The notes under the pieces are model-generated. The model made no database searches and was not told the origin of the DNA. It saw only the letters and a program-made list of their open reading frames with translations. Of a DNA stretch of 53,850 bases, positions 17,383 through 25,892 are shown piece after piece (position 1 is the stretch's first letter; each line of letters starts with the position of its first letter). Origin of the DNA: an uncultured Geminicoccaceae bacterium (GTDB lineage: Bacteria > Pseudomonadota > Alphaproteobacteria > Geminicoccales > Geminicoccaceae); contig CAZHHU010000001.1 in the NCBI GenBank assembly GCA_964532215.1, positions 10,971-64,820 on the forward strand. The letters are read 5' to 3'. A program made the position numbers and the translations under genes.

Positions 17383-18601
17383 TGCCGGCCGCCTCGGCCG
17401 AAGTCGGGCGATGGAAGAAGCAGGTGGTGTTGCCGCCGGCGTATTCGTCGATCATGGGCCGGAACTCGTCCTCGAAGGACCGCAGCGCGGCGGTGAGCCG
17501 GCCGGCCTGTGGGTGGTCGGGAAAGCGGGACCAGTAGATCTCCGCCCAGGCCATGTAATGGCGACCGTGCGGCCGCGTGCGCATGAACCCGAGGTCCTGG
17601 ACGAGGTAGTTGCGGTAGGGACCCGGGGTACGGTTCTCCGCCGCATAGGGCCATACCCGCCTGGGATCTGCGATCGCGTCGAGAAGAAAGGCGATCGCGC
17701 GGTGGAGATCGCGTCCCTCTGAGCGGTACGCCCAGAGGTCGATGCCCTGCACGGCGGCGATCTCGGCGATCACGGCAAGCGAGGAGATGGCGTGGCGCTG
17801 GTACCACAGCGCCCGCGCGCCGCGCCGCGTCTCGAGCGGCAGGCTGCCATCTTCGCGCATCTCCCGGATCGCACGACGATAGGCCCGCACCCCTTCGGCG
17901 AACATGTCCTCCTCGCCGAGAAGGGCGCCCCAGGCGGTGAACACGCTTGCGGCGAGCAGGGCGTGGTTGCTGCGCGCGCGCGGCGAACGCGGGTCGAGGC
18001 TTCGCTGATAGGCCAGGGAATCGCGCACGAGCGCGTCGATCCAGCCGAAGATGCGGGCGCGGGTCTCGAAGCGCACCGTCTTTCCGTCCGAGAGCAGCAG
18101 CCAGTAGGCGACGATGGTGGGCAGGAGGGTGCGGTTGCGCGCATACATCATCGATTCGATCTCGCGCCCCTTGAACTTCGTCATCGCCCGCCCCTTGGCC
18201 CAGCGATCGAGCAGCCGCACCGCCGCAGCCGCGGCACGTTCATCGCCGGTGCCGAAGGCGTCCGCCGCGGCCAGCATGATCGTCCAGGCGAACCCCTGGG
18301 TGCGGTTGTCGACGCCGTAGCCCCGGGTGCCGCGCAGCGTCGTCACCGCCTTGTGACTGGGCCAGCGCGCGATGCCCGAATCGCAGAGCGCCCGCCGCAG
18401 CGGCTCGGGCAGTTGCGCCAGATAGGCGCGCCGATCGCGGCGCAGAAAGAGGATTTCGCCGGGGTGCGCGAGCTGCGGCGCATCGTTCGCCGCCGCGGCA
18501 GGCCTATTGACCGGAGCCAGGCCCACACCCAAGAGGAGCAGGGAGAAGATCAAGGGACGCCTCAACATGCGCCTGCCGCTCGCCCTCGTCTCAGCGTTCA
18601 T
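17360..18601 (-). CDS. alginate-lyase-family (AlgL/PL5-like) periplasmic polysaccharide lyase
   Basis: ORF 17360..18652. I prefer the ATG at 18601, which gives the signal peptide [29 protein letters not shown]. Segments resemble AlgL: [12 protein letters not shown] (NNHSYW region), [25 protein letters not shown] (compare LPNELKRRQRALAYHNY), C-terminal [10 protein letters not shown]. Confidence 0.75.
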   Translation of the reverse strand: MNAETRASGRRMLRRPLIFSLLLLGVGLAPVNRPAAAANDAPQLAHPGEILFLRRDRRAYLAQLPEPLRRALCDSGIARWPSHKAVTTLRGTRGYGVDNRTQGFAWTIMLAAADAFGTGDERAAAAAVRLLDRWAKGRAMTKFKGREIESMMYARNRTLLPTIVAYWLLLSDGKTVRFETRARIFGWIDALVRDSLAYQRSLDPRSPRARSNHALLAASVFTAWGALLGEEDMFAEGVRAYRRAIREMREDGSLPLETRRGARALWYQRHAISSLAVIAEIAAVQGIDLWAYRSEGRDLHRAIAFLLDAIADPRRVWPYAAENRTPGPYRNYLVQDLGFMRTRPHGRHYMAWAEIYWSRFPDHPQAGRLTAALRSFEDEFRPMIDEYAGGNTTCFFHRPTSAEAAGISGSSTR

Positions 18602-19364
18602 GGTGGTCGCCCTTCCTCCCGTCGGCAAGCCGGCACCGGCCGCAACCGGCACGGCGGAAGACCGCTCCGCGCCGCAGTCGTGCAGGCTTCGCTACGTGAT
18701 GAGCCTGAGCGGCGTCGAGGTCGGCAAGCTCGAGCTGCGGCTCGTGATCGAAGGCGACGAGGCACGGGCGTGGATGAGCCTCGAGAACAAGGGCCTCGCC
18801 GCCCTGTTCGCCAAGATCCGCACCACGATGCAGGGGCGCGTGCAGCTCGCCGATGGTGAGCCCCGTCCCGACGAATTCCACATCCGCTACGAGAAGCCCG
18901 ACCGCTACCGGGACATCCGCCTCGAGTTCGACGAGCGCGGCGAGCTGCGCGATATCGCCTATGTCAACAACGGGCGCCCGCGGCAGAGCGAGGTCCCGGC
19001 GGAGCTGCGCGCGGGCACGGTCGATCCGATGACCGCCTTTCTGCGCCTGCAGCGCTGGCTGGCCGCCGCATCGGCTCCGGGCGAGCGCATCCGCATCCCC
19101 GTCTTCGAGGGGCGCAAACGCCTCGATGTCGAAGTGGAATATCTCGGGCCGGCGGATGGGCGCGCCGGCGCGAACGGGCGGCTGCACCGGCTGCGGGCGC
19201 GGCTCGTCGGGCTGTTCGGCTTCGAGGACGGTTACGGTTTCGTGGGCCGGCCGGACGGCGACCCCAACTGGCTCGACGTGGTGGCGAGCGAGGAGCCCTG
19301 TCCGTCCCCGCTCGAGGTGCGCGGCCGCTCCGCCCTCTACGAACCCGAGATCCGGCGCAGATAG
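18567..19364 (+). CDS. exported hypothetical protein (DUF3108-like)
   Basis: Track ORF 18507..19364. ATG at 18567 gives the signal peptide [20 protein letters not shown]. The beta-rich body (LRYVMSLSGVEVGKLELRLVIEG...) resembles DUF3108, but the family call is tentative. Confidence 0.65.
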   Translation: MRLPLALVSAFMVVALPPVGKPAPAATGTAEDRSAPQSCRLRYVMSLSGVEVGKLELRLVIEGDEARAWMSLENKGLAALFAKIRTTMQGRVQLADGEPRPDEFHIRYEKPDRYRDIRLEFDERGELRDIAYVNNGRPRQSEVPAELRAGTVDPMTAFLRLQRWLAAASAPGERIRIPVFEGRKRLDVEVEYLGPADGRAGANGRLHRLRARLVGLFGFEDGYGFVGRPDGDPNWLDVVASEEPCPSPLEVRGRSALYEPEIRRR

Positions 19365-21967
19365 TCCCTGAGCCCGCGCGGCGATGCGGTGCCCGCCGGC
19401 TGCGAGCGGCGGTACAGCCAGCCGATCGCAACGAGGGCGATGCCCAGCCCGGCGAAGGAAAGCGCCCGGTAGAGGCCTTCCGTCCGTTCGAGGTCGACGA
19501 GGAACACCTTGAGGGCGGTGACGGAGGCGACCAGCAGACCGGCGCGGCGGGTCGCCGCGTCTTCGCGCAGGCGGCCGTATACGAACAGCGCCGCCGCGAT
19601 CGCGATCCAGCTCAGGGATATGAGCAGCACCTCGAGCGGCCCTGCCGCAGCCGTCAGCACCGCGCCGCGGAGCAGGTGGCGGATCTCGAGGGCGGACCAG
19701 GTGAGCAGGAAGACGAGCGCTGCCGTACCCGCTGCCGCACCCGCGACCGGAGCGAGCTTCGCGGCGCGGCGGGCGAGGCGCGCGAGCAGGAGCGCGGGCG
19801 CGAGATAGGCCGGAGCGAGCCCGTCGAGCAGCGGCAGAAGCCCGACGTCCCAGCCGCCGAGGGCGGGATTCGCCGTATCCAGAAGAAGTTCGAGGGCTGT
19901 GGGCAGGGATGCGAATGCGAAGATCGCCCAGAGGTGACGGACGCTCGGCGGCAGAATGCCGGCATTGGCGAGCGTCGCGAAAGCCGTCGCGACAGCGATC
20001 CACACCGCGAGCGCGAGCCCCCGCTCCGAGGGCGGATGGTCGATGAGGGCGGGCCCGTAGCCGTTGACGACGAGAAGAAGGAGGGTGAAGGCGGCGAGGA
20101 GGGCAATGTCCCGCGCCGTCGCGAGCAGGAGCATGGGAACTGGGGATCCACGTCTGAGCAAGCTGCTCGCGGCGCCGCAGCACAGCCCCGGCAGCAGCGC
20201 TCCGAGGAGGACCTCCTCCATCTCCGGGCTCAGATCCTCATAGGCCGCCCGGATCACGAGCAGGGCGGCGGCGAGGCCGAACGCGGCGGCACCGCCGGCA
20301 AGGCCGGGCACGGCAAAGCGCCGGCGCAGGATGGCGGCGAGGAGCGCGATGAGCGCAAGCGCGAGGCGTAGCCAGGTCGCGGCGAAGAGAAAGGCCGCGC
20401 CGAGTGCCAGGGCCGCGAGGGCGCCGACGACATAGGCGGCGGTCGCCGCCTCGAGGCGGTCGTCGCGCGCCGTTACCCGTGCCGCTGCCGCGGCGAGCAG
20501 CGCGAGACCGAGGGCGAGATGGGGCCAGGGCAGCGGAATGCCCACGGCTTCGAGCCGCAGCCGCAGCAGTGCGAGAGCCGCGAGCGGAACAGCTGCCGAG
20601 AGGCTCGCCCACAGCCCGCCGGGGGGTCTGCGGCGTGCGGCCAGAAAGCCGAGGGCGGCGAAGCCCGAGCCGGTCGCGAGCGCGGCCAGGAGCAGCCCGC
20701 GGATGCCGCGGGGGTGGGGAAACAGCGGCGCAAGGCCGACCCCGGGCTCGAAGAGGGGATCCTGCAGCGCGGAAAGATCGATTTCCCACAGCCCGACCAC
20801 GGCGAGCGCGAGCAGCGCACCCAGAAAGGCCGGCGCGCGCATCGGCTCGTACAGCAGGCTCGCGGCCGCACCGGCGAGGGCGAGCAGGATCAGCACCGCG
20901 ACGAGGCCCGGGGTGAAGCCCGTCGCGACCGCCGCCGCGATTGCGGCCAGGCCGGCGAGGGCGTAGCTCGCGGCAAGCGCGAGCCGCATCGGCGGCCGCG
21001 GCGGAGGGACCAGATTGGCTGCGGCGAGAAGTGCGGGCAGCGGCGCGTTCGCCGCCCCGAGGGCGAGCGCGAGCAGCGCTGCCGCATCCGCCCGGCGGAT
21101 GCCGTCGCTCTCGAACAGGACGGACAGCCAGTCCGCGAACAGGGCGAGGGAGATCCAGAAGGCCGAGGCCGGCAGCACGACGAACAGGAGCAGCCACCAC
21201 CAGCTGCGCAGCAGGGCGATGAGCGAGAGGGCCGTGGCCAGCACCGCGAGATAGCCGAAGGTCACCCAGGGTTCGGCCACACCCGCATCGACCACAGCCG
21301 GCACCGCAAAGCCGCCGAGCGCCGCGAGCAGTGCATGGGGCCAGCCGAAACGCCAGCCGCAGGCGAGGCCGAGCAGACTCGTGAGCGCGAGAAGCGCGAA
21401 GGCCGGATCCGCGGCAAGCTGCGCATAGCGGGCGTGCGCGGCAAAGATGTCGGCGTAGAGGGTGACGAGGCCGCCAGCGGCGAGCGCGGCCGGAGCGGCC
21501 GGTGCTCCCGCCTTTCCAGCCCCTGACCGTGCGGATGCGAACCAGCCGCCGACGACGGCCACAAGACCCAGGAGGCCGATCGCGGCGAGCCTGAGGCGGA
21601 TGCCGACGAACCCCTGCTCGACCGCCCACAGCACGCCGAACAGACCGCCCGCGGCGAGCGCCAGTCCCCCGACCCAGACGAGGCCGCGTTCCGCGAAGCG
21701 TTGCTCGACGCTTGCGATGTCGGGTGCGGGAGCCGGAGGTGGCGGGGGCTCGGGCGGCCGCATCTCGATCGGAGCTTCGGCCTGCTCGCGGGGTGCAGGC
21801 CCGACCGGCACGGCGAGACGTCGCTCGAGGGCGGCGACGCGGCGCTCGAGCCGTCGCAGGCGGGCCGCGGTGAAGAAGGCGAGAAACGGTGAGAGGAGCA
21901 GCGCGAGCGCGATGAGACCGGCGAGCCACACGATGGGAGAGGCGATGGGAAGAAAGGGAAAGAACAT
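19337..21967 (-). CDS. DUF2339-like large polytopic membrane protein
   Basis: ORF 19337..22033, with the ATG at 21967 (MFFPFLPIASPIVWLAGLIALALLL). An N-terminal TM is followed by RLRRLERRVAALERRLA, a Pro-rich linker and more than 20 hydrophobic helices. Confidence 0.8.
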   Translation of the reverse strand: MFFPFLPIASPIVWLAGLIALALLLSPFLAFFTAARLRRLERRVAALERRLAVPVGPAPREQAEAPIEMRPPEPPPPPAPAPDIASVEQRFAERGLVWVGGLALAAGGLFGVLWAVEQGFVGIRLRLAAIGLLGLVAVVGGWFASARSGAGKAGAPAAPAALAAGGLVTLYADIFAAHARYAQLAADPAFALLALTSLLGLACGWRFGWPHALLAALGGFAVPAVVDAGVAEPWVTFGYLAVLATALSLIALLRSWWWLLLFVVLPASAFWISLALFADWLSVLFESDGIRRADAAALLALALGAANAPLPALLAAANLVPPPRPPMRLALAASYALAGLAAIAAAVATGFTPGLVAVLILLALAGAAASLLYEPMRAPAFLGALLALAVVGLWEIDLSALQDPLFEPGVGLAPLFPHPRGIRGLLLAALATGSGFAALGFLAARRRPPGGLWASLSAAVPLAALALLRLRLEAVGIPLPWPHLALGLALLAAAAARVTARDDRLEAATAAYVVGALAALALGAAFLFAATWLRLALALIALLAAILRRRFAVPGLAGGAAAFGLAAALLVIRAAYEDLSPEMEEVLLGALLPGLCCGAASSLLRRGSPVPMLLLATARDIALLAAFTLLLLVVNGYGPALIDHPPSERGLALAVWIAVATAFATLANAGILPPSVRHLWAIFAFASLPTALELLLDTANPALGGWDVGLLPLLDGLAPAYLAPALLLARLARRAAKLAPVAGAAAGTAALVFLLTWSALEIRHLLRGAVLTAAAGPLEVLLISLSWIAIAAALFVYGRLREDAATRRAGLLVASVTALKVFLVDLERTEGLYRALSFAGLGIALVAIGWLYRRSQPAGTASPRGLRDYLRRISGS

Positions 21968-22078
21968 GGAGCCGCTCGGGTCCCTCTCGCGCCTGGCGGC
22001 CGGATGCCGCGGCCGGGACGTTTGCAAGCGCAAACGGGGCCGCTAAGCAAGGGGTCGGGGACAGCGGGGAGACATCGC

Positions 22079-22957
22079 ATGAGCAAGCCGATCCGGCCCC
22101 GGCGGAGCGTGCTCTACATGCCGGGGGCCAATCCGCGCGCACAGGAGAAGGCGAAGACCCTTCCCGTGGACGGGGTGATCCTCGACCTCGAGGATGCGAC
22201 CGCGCCGGAGGCGAAGGTCGAGGCACGGGCCACGGTGCGGCGCACGCTCGAGCAGCGCGAGGCCTACGGTCGCCGCGAACTCGTGGTGCGCGTGAACGGG
22301 CTGGACACGCCCTGGGGCTATGAGGATCTCGCCGTGATGGCGCGGGCCGGTGCCGATGCCATCCTGCTGCCGAAGGTCGACGACGCGGAGATGGTACGGC
22401 GCGCGGTCGCGGTGCTCGAGGCCCACGGCGCGCCGGAGGAGCTCGCGATATGGTGCATGGTGGAGACGGCGCGCGGTGTCCTCCATGCCGAACAGATCGC
22501 GGACTCCCACCCGCGCGTGAGCTGTTTCGTCATGGGCACCTCGGATCTCGCCCGGGAGCTCAACTGCGCCCACACCCCCATGCGCCTGCCGATGCTGACC
22601 TCGCTCGGCCTCTGCCTGCTCGCCGCCCGCGCGGCCGGACTCGCGATCCTCGACGGCGTCCATCTCGACCTCCAGGACATGGAGGGTTTCGAGGCCGCCT
22701 GCCGGCAGGGGCGCGAGCTCGGCTTCGACGGCAAGACCCTGATCCACCCCAGGCAGATCGAGGCCGCGAACCGCGCCTTCGCGCCGAGCGAAGAGGAGGT
22801 GGCCAAAGCGCGGCGGATCATCGAGGCGTGGCAGGCGGCCAAGGCCGAGGGTCGGGGCGTGGTCGTGGTCGATGGACGGCTCGTCGAGAATCTCCACGTC
22901 GTCATGGCCGAGCGCACGCTCGCCCTCGCCGAGGCGATCCGGGCGATGGAAGGCTGA
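22079..22957 (+). CDS. HpcH/HpaI aldolase / citrate lyase beta (CitE) family CoA-ester lyase (malyl-CoA lyase/thioesterase-like)
   Basis: Track ORF 22004..22957, with the ATG at 22079. RRSVLYMPGANPRAQEKAKTLPVDGVILDLEDA, VRVNGLDTPWGYEDL, MVETARG, GFDGKTLIHPRQI. Confidence 0.88.
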   Translation: MSKPIRPRRSVLYMPGANPRAQEKAKTLPVDGVILDLEDATAPEAKVEARATVRRTLEQREAYGRRELVVRVNGLDTPWGYEDLAVMARAGADAILLPKVDDAEMVRRAVAVLEAHGAPEELAIWCMVETARGVLHAEQIADSHPRVSCFVMGTSDLARELNCAHTPMRLPMLTSLGLCLLAARAAGLAILDGVHLDLQDMEGFEAACRQGRELGFDGKTLIHPRQIEAANRAFAPSEEEVAKARRIIEAWQAAKAEGRGVVVVDGRLVENLHVVMAERTLALAEAIRAMEG

Positions 22958-22971
22958 ACGCCGCGCAGGAC

Positions 22972-23003
22972 AAAAAAAGGCGGCTCCCGCTCACGGGAGC
23001 CGC
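22972..23003 (-). terminator. Rho-independent terminator (minus strand)
   Basis: Minus strand: GCGGCTCCCG-TGAG-CGGGAGCCGC (perfect 10-bp stem, 23003..22980), then C and T7 (22978..22972). The plus-strand reading has no U-tail. Confidence 0.75.
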
Positions 23004-23074
23004 AACACCATCGGCCAGGGAGGGAAGGGAAACTTGCCGCAATCGACGGACGTCCTGCGCCCGCCTCTTGCTGC
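22972..23074 (-). ncRNA. candidate ~100-nt trans-acting sRNA with a C/U-rich anti-SD tract (MmgR/alpha-r8-like architecture)
   Basis: It has its own promoter (23080..23108) and intrinsic terminator (22972..23003). The GUUUCCCUUCCCUCCCUGG tract lies at 23032..23015. There is no credible ORF. The 5' end is inferred from -10 spacing only. Confidence 0.5.
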
Positions 23075-23079
23075 GCCGC

Positions 23080-23108
23080 AACATAATGGCCCGCCCGCAA
23101 AGCTGCAA
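23080..23108 (-). promoter_or_regulatory. candidate sigma70-type promoter of the sRNA
   Basis: Minus strand: TTGCAG (23108..23103), 17-nt spacer, TATGTT (23085..23080). The -10 is overlapped by the 18-nt box shared with the phasin promoter. Confidence 0.45.
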
Positions 23109-23265
23109 TGACCGCTCCGGAATGGCAGCCATGCATGCGGTGCATGGCTCTCTTGTCGGCCGTCAAGGACGTGCGCGGCCTTCGCAGCCGCGAAGGGCCC
23201 GCCGCGCCGTCGTCCATGCGTAAAGGAAGCACCGGCAGCAGGCGGATCTCCCGCCTGCGCCCGTC

Positions 23266-23910
23266 TCACCCCGCGGGGCGGGTACCGCGCCGCGCACCGA
23301 AGGGAACAAAGTCGGCGAGCCGCTCGGGCAGGCGACCGAGGGTGAGGGCGTCCTCGATCCGCCGGTCGAGGAAGGCCCAGGTGTCGCGGAAGTCCTCGGA
23401 GCTGTCCTCGAGCCAGTAGAAGAACGTAGCGACGAGGATCGCCGCGAGCAGCAGCCTGCGGCTGTAATAGCTCATGCCTTCCGCCGTGCGCTCGAAGCCG
23501 GCGGTACGCCAGATGCGATCCACGGTCCGCCACAGCGCCTGCAGGCCGCCGGGAAGGTGCTGCGGCAGCGTGCGCGCGACGGCCGCGCGCCGCAGCGATT
23601 CGCGGTAGGGCGCGAGCGCCTCGAAGCGCGCCCGGACCAGTCGCGCGATGCGGCGGCGTACGGGAAGCCTGGTGAGATCCTCGCCGGCGACCCGAGCCAG
23701 CATCCGACGGTCCGCCCAGTCCTCGAGCCATTCGAGAAGACTCTCGCCGCCCTGCGGAAACAGCCGCCGTGCGGTGGCCCGATCGACACCGGCATCGGCC
23801 GCGGCAAGCTCGAGGGTGCGTTCGCCCCAGCCGTCGAAGGCCGCATGCTGCAGAGCCGCCTCGAGAATGCGGTCCTTGAGATCCCGCCGCTGCTCGCTCG
23901 CGTCGCTCAC
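23266..23910 (-). CDS. COQ9-family protein (TetR-fold, 'rpsU-divergently transcribed protein' type)
   Basis: ORF 23266..23946. GTG at 23910 has GGAGGGG 6 nt upstream. DRILEAALQHAAFDGWGERTLELAAADAGVDRATARRLFPQG..., and a C-terminal SYYSRRLLLAAILVATFFYWLEDSSEDF typical of bacterial COQ9 homologues. Confidence 0.75.
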   Translation of the reverse strand: MSDASEQRRDLKDRILEAALQHAAFDGWGERTLELAAADAGVDRATARRLFPQGGESLLEWLEDWADRRMLARVAGEDLTRLPVRRRIARLVRARFEALAPYRESLRRAAVARTLPQHLPGGLQALWRTVDRIWRTAGFERTAEGMSYYSRRLLLAAILVATFFYWLEDSSEDFRDTWAFLDRRIEDALTLGRLPERLADFVPFGARRGTRPAG

Positions 23911-24003
23911 CCCGCCCCTCCACCGGTCGCCGCAAATCGCCGTCACCTCGCATAACGGATTCCGCGCCCGCGGTCGAGCCGCGCGCCCCGGGGCGCCTTC
24001 TTC

Positions 24004-24032
24004 TTGCGGACCCGTCGCCGGGATCTTATATT
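24004..24032 (+). promoter_or_regulatory. candidate promoter of the DUF2892 gene
   Basis: TTGCGG (24004..24009), 17-nt spacer, TATATT (24027..24032), in a locally AT-rich patch about 30 nt upstream of the ATG. Confidence 0.45.
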
Positions 24033-24063
24033 ACCGTTTGCTGATAGAAAGGGGAGCGAAGCG

Positions 24064-24267
24064 ATGAACGTCGACCGTGCCGTGCTGCTTTTCGCCGGCC
24101 TCATGATCCTGCTGAGCGTTGCCCTCACCCTGCTCCACTCGCAGTGGTGGCTGCTGCTCACCACGTTCGTCGGGCTCAACATGACCCAGGCTTCGATCAC
24201 CGGCTTCTGCCCGCTGGCGATCCTGCTGCGCAGGCTGGGGCTGCGGCCGGGCGAAGCCTTCGCCTGA
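24064..24267 (+). CDS. DUF2892 (YgaP-like) small membrane protein
   Basis: Track ORF 24004..24267. ATG at 24064 is preceded by AAGGGGAG. 67 aa with two TM helices and the family motif GLNMTQASITGFCPLAILLRRLG. Confidence 0.8.
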   Translation: MNVDRAVLLFAGLMILLSVALTLLHSQWWLLLTTFVGLNMTQASITGFCPLAILLRRLGLRPGEAFA

Positions 24268-24328
24268 GGCAGGTCGCGGCAGGCGGGCCGGGCTTGCCGA
24301 AGCGGTCGCATGCCGCCACCTTGCGCGC

Positions 24329-25108
24329 GTGGCGACCATTCGCGAAACAGCGGCATCCCGGCCCGTGCTCGAAGATCTCAAGATCGCCGCGGTCTTCCTC
24401 ACCCGCCTGCCGATCCGGCTGGAAGGCGGCGTAACCCTCAAGGCGCTCGCGGATGCGGTCTACGTCTTTCCCGTCGTCGGGGCGCTCGTGGGTGCCGCGG
24501 GCGCGGTGGTGTACGCCCTCGCTCAGGGATTCGGGCTGCCGCCGCTTGCGGGTGCGGTGCTCGCGCTCGCGACCATGACCGCGGTCACGGGGGGGCTGCA
24601 CGAGGACGGTCTCGCCGATACCGCCGATGCGCTCGGGGCCCGGGAGGACCGCGAGCGGGCGCTCGCCATCATGCGGGACAGCCGCATCGGCTCCTATGGG
24701 GCCATCGCCCTCGCCTTCGCGCTGCTCGCCCGCACCGTGGCCTATGGCAGTCTCGTCGAGGTCGGCCGTTTCGCAGCCGTGGCGATCGCCGCCTGCGCGG
24801 CCTCGCGTGCGGTCATGCCGGCGGTCATGCTGGTGCAGCCGAGCGCGCGCGCGAGCGGGCTTGCCGCCTCCGCCGGCCGGCCGCAGCCGGAGCGGGTCTA
24901 TGCCGGTCTCGGCCTCGCCGCCGCCCTCGCCTTTCTGCTCCTGCCGACAGCCGGCGCCTTCAAGGCCGTGGCCGCCACCGCCCTCGCCGCCGCCGCGCTC
25001 GCCCTCTGGCTCGGGCGGCGCTTCGGGGGCTGCACCGGCGACACCCTCGGCGCCATCCAGCAGGCCGCCGAGGTCGCCTTTCTCTTCGCCGTGCTCGGTG
25101 CCCGCTGA
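24329..25108 (+). CDS. cobS: adenosylcobinamide-GDP ribazoletransferase (cobalamin synthase CobS)
   Basis: AAVFLTRLPI, GGLHEDGLADTADALG, MRDSRIGSYGAIAL. The start is uncertain, with an alternative GTG at 24365. Confidence 0.88.
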   Translation: MATIRETAASRPVLEDLKIAAVFLTRLPIRLEGGVTLKALADAVYVFPVVGALVGAAGAVVYALAQGFGLPPLAGAVLALATMTAVTGGLHEDGLADTADALGAREDRERALAIMRDSRIGSYGAIALAFALLARTVAYGSLVEVGRFAAVAIAACAASRAVMPAVMLVQPSARASGLAASAGRPQPERVYAGLGLAAALAFLLLPTAGAFKAVAATALAAAALALWLGRRFGGCTGDTLGAIQQAAEVAFLFAVLGAR

Positions 25109-25115
25109 GAGCGGC

Positions 25116-25892
25116 ATGGCCACCGCAAGGCGCGACCCCGTACCGGGCACGGTTTATCTCGTGGGGGCGGGGCCCGGCGATCCCGAGCTTCTGACCCTGA
25201 GAGCGGTGCGGCTGCTGCGGGCGGCCGAGGTCGTGCTGTTCGACAGCCTCATCCCCGAGCGCGCGCTCGAGTACCTGCCCGCCGGGGCGCTGCGCATCTT
25301 CGTCGGCAAGCGGCGCGGGCGCCATGCGAAGACCCAGGACGAGATCGCCGCCCTGATGATCGCGCATGCCCGTGCCGGCCGCATCGTGCTCCGCCTCAAG
25401 GGCGGGGATCCCACCATCTTCGGGCGGCTCGGCGAGGAGATCGAAGCCCTCGCCCGCGCCGGCATCCCCTTCGAGATCGTGCCCGGGGTCACCGCGGCCT
25501 CGGCCTGCGCCGCCTGGGCCGGAATTCCCCTCACCCACCGCGAGCATTCGCGCATGGTCGTGCTCAGCACCGGGCACGGCAAACAGGGCGAGCCCGAACT
25601 CGACTGGGACAGCCTGTGCCGTCCCGGACGCACGCTCGTGTTCTACATGGGAGGCCACCGCCTCGCGCATCTCTGCCAGCGGCTCATCACCCACGGCCTG
25701 CCCGAGACCACGCCGGCGGTGCTGCTCGCCGGCGTCGGATTCCGGCAGCCGCGCCTCGTTGCCGGAACGCTCGCCGATCTCGCCGCGCGCGTGCGCGAGG
25801 CGCAGGTGGAGGGTCCGGCGCTCGTCATCGTCGGTGCTGTCGCGGGCCTCGCTGAGCAGGCGCCCGGCGGTCAGAGGCGCAATGGTCCGTAG
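25116..25892 (+). CDS. cobA: uroporphyrinogen-III C-methyltransferase (SUMT)
   Basis: Track ORF 24627..25892, with the ATG at 25116. VYLVGAGPGDPELLTLRAVRLLRAAEVVLFD, LKGGDPTIFGR, EIVPGVTAA, PALVIVG. Confidence 0.9.
   Translation: MATARRDPVPGTVYLVGAGPGDPELLTLRAVRLLRAAEVVLFDSLIPERALEYLPAGALRIFVGKRRGRHAKTQDEIAALMIAHARAGRIVLRLKGGDPTIFGRLGEEIEALARAGIPFEIVPGVTAASACAAWAGIPLTHREHSRMVVLSTGHGKQGEPELDWDSLCRPGRTLVFYMGGHRLAHLCQRLITHGLPETTPAVLLAGVGFRQPRLVAGTLADLAARVREAQVEGPALVIVGAVAGLAEQAPGGQRRNGP

Noticed and set aside
22902-23132. A 76-aa ORF on the minus strand inside the citE/COQ9 spacer.
   Set aside because: It starts upstream of the predicted promoter, has no SD, reads straight through a 10-bp GC terminator hairpin and its translation is junk-like. 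The region is better explained as a non-coding RNA.
23179-23196. CCTTCGC...GCGAAGG hairpins at 23179..23196 and 29111..29133, considered as a possible REP-like repeat family.
   Set aside because: There are only two copies, their loops and flanks differ, and short GC palindromes of this kind are expected by chance in such GC-rich DNA.
24268-24328. A possible cobalamin riboswitch upstream of cobS/cobA.
   Set aside because: The spacer is only ~60 nt and I could not find a B12-box-like element or the multi-helix architecture.
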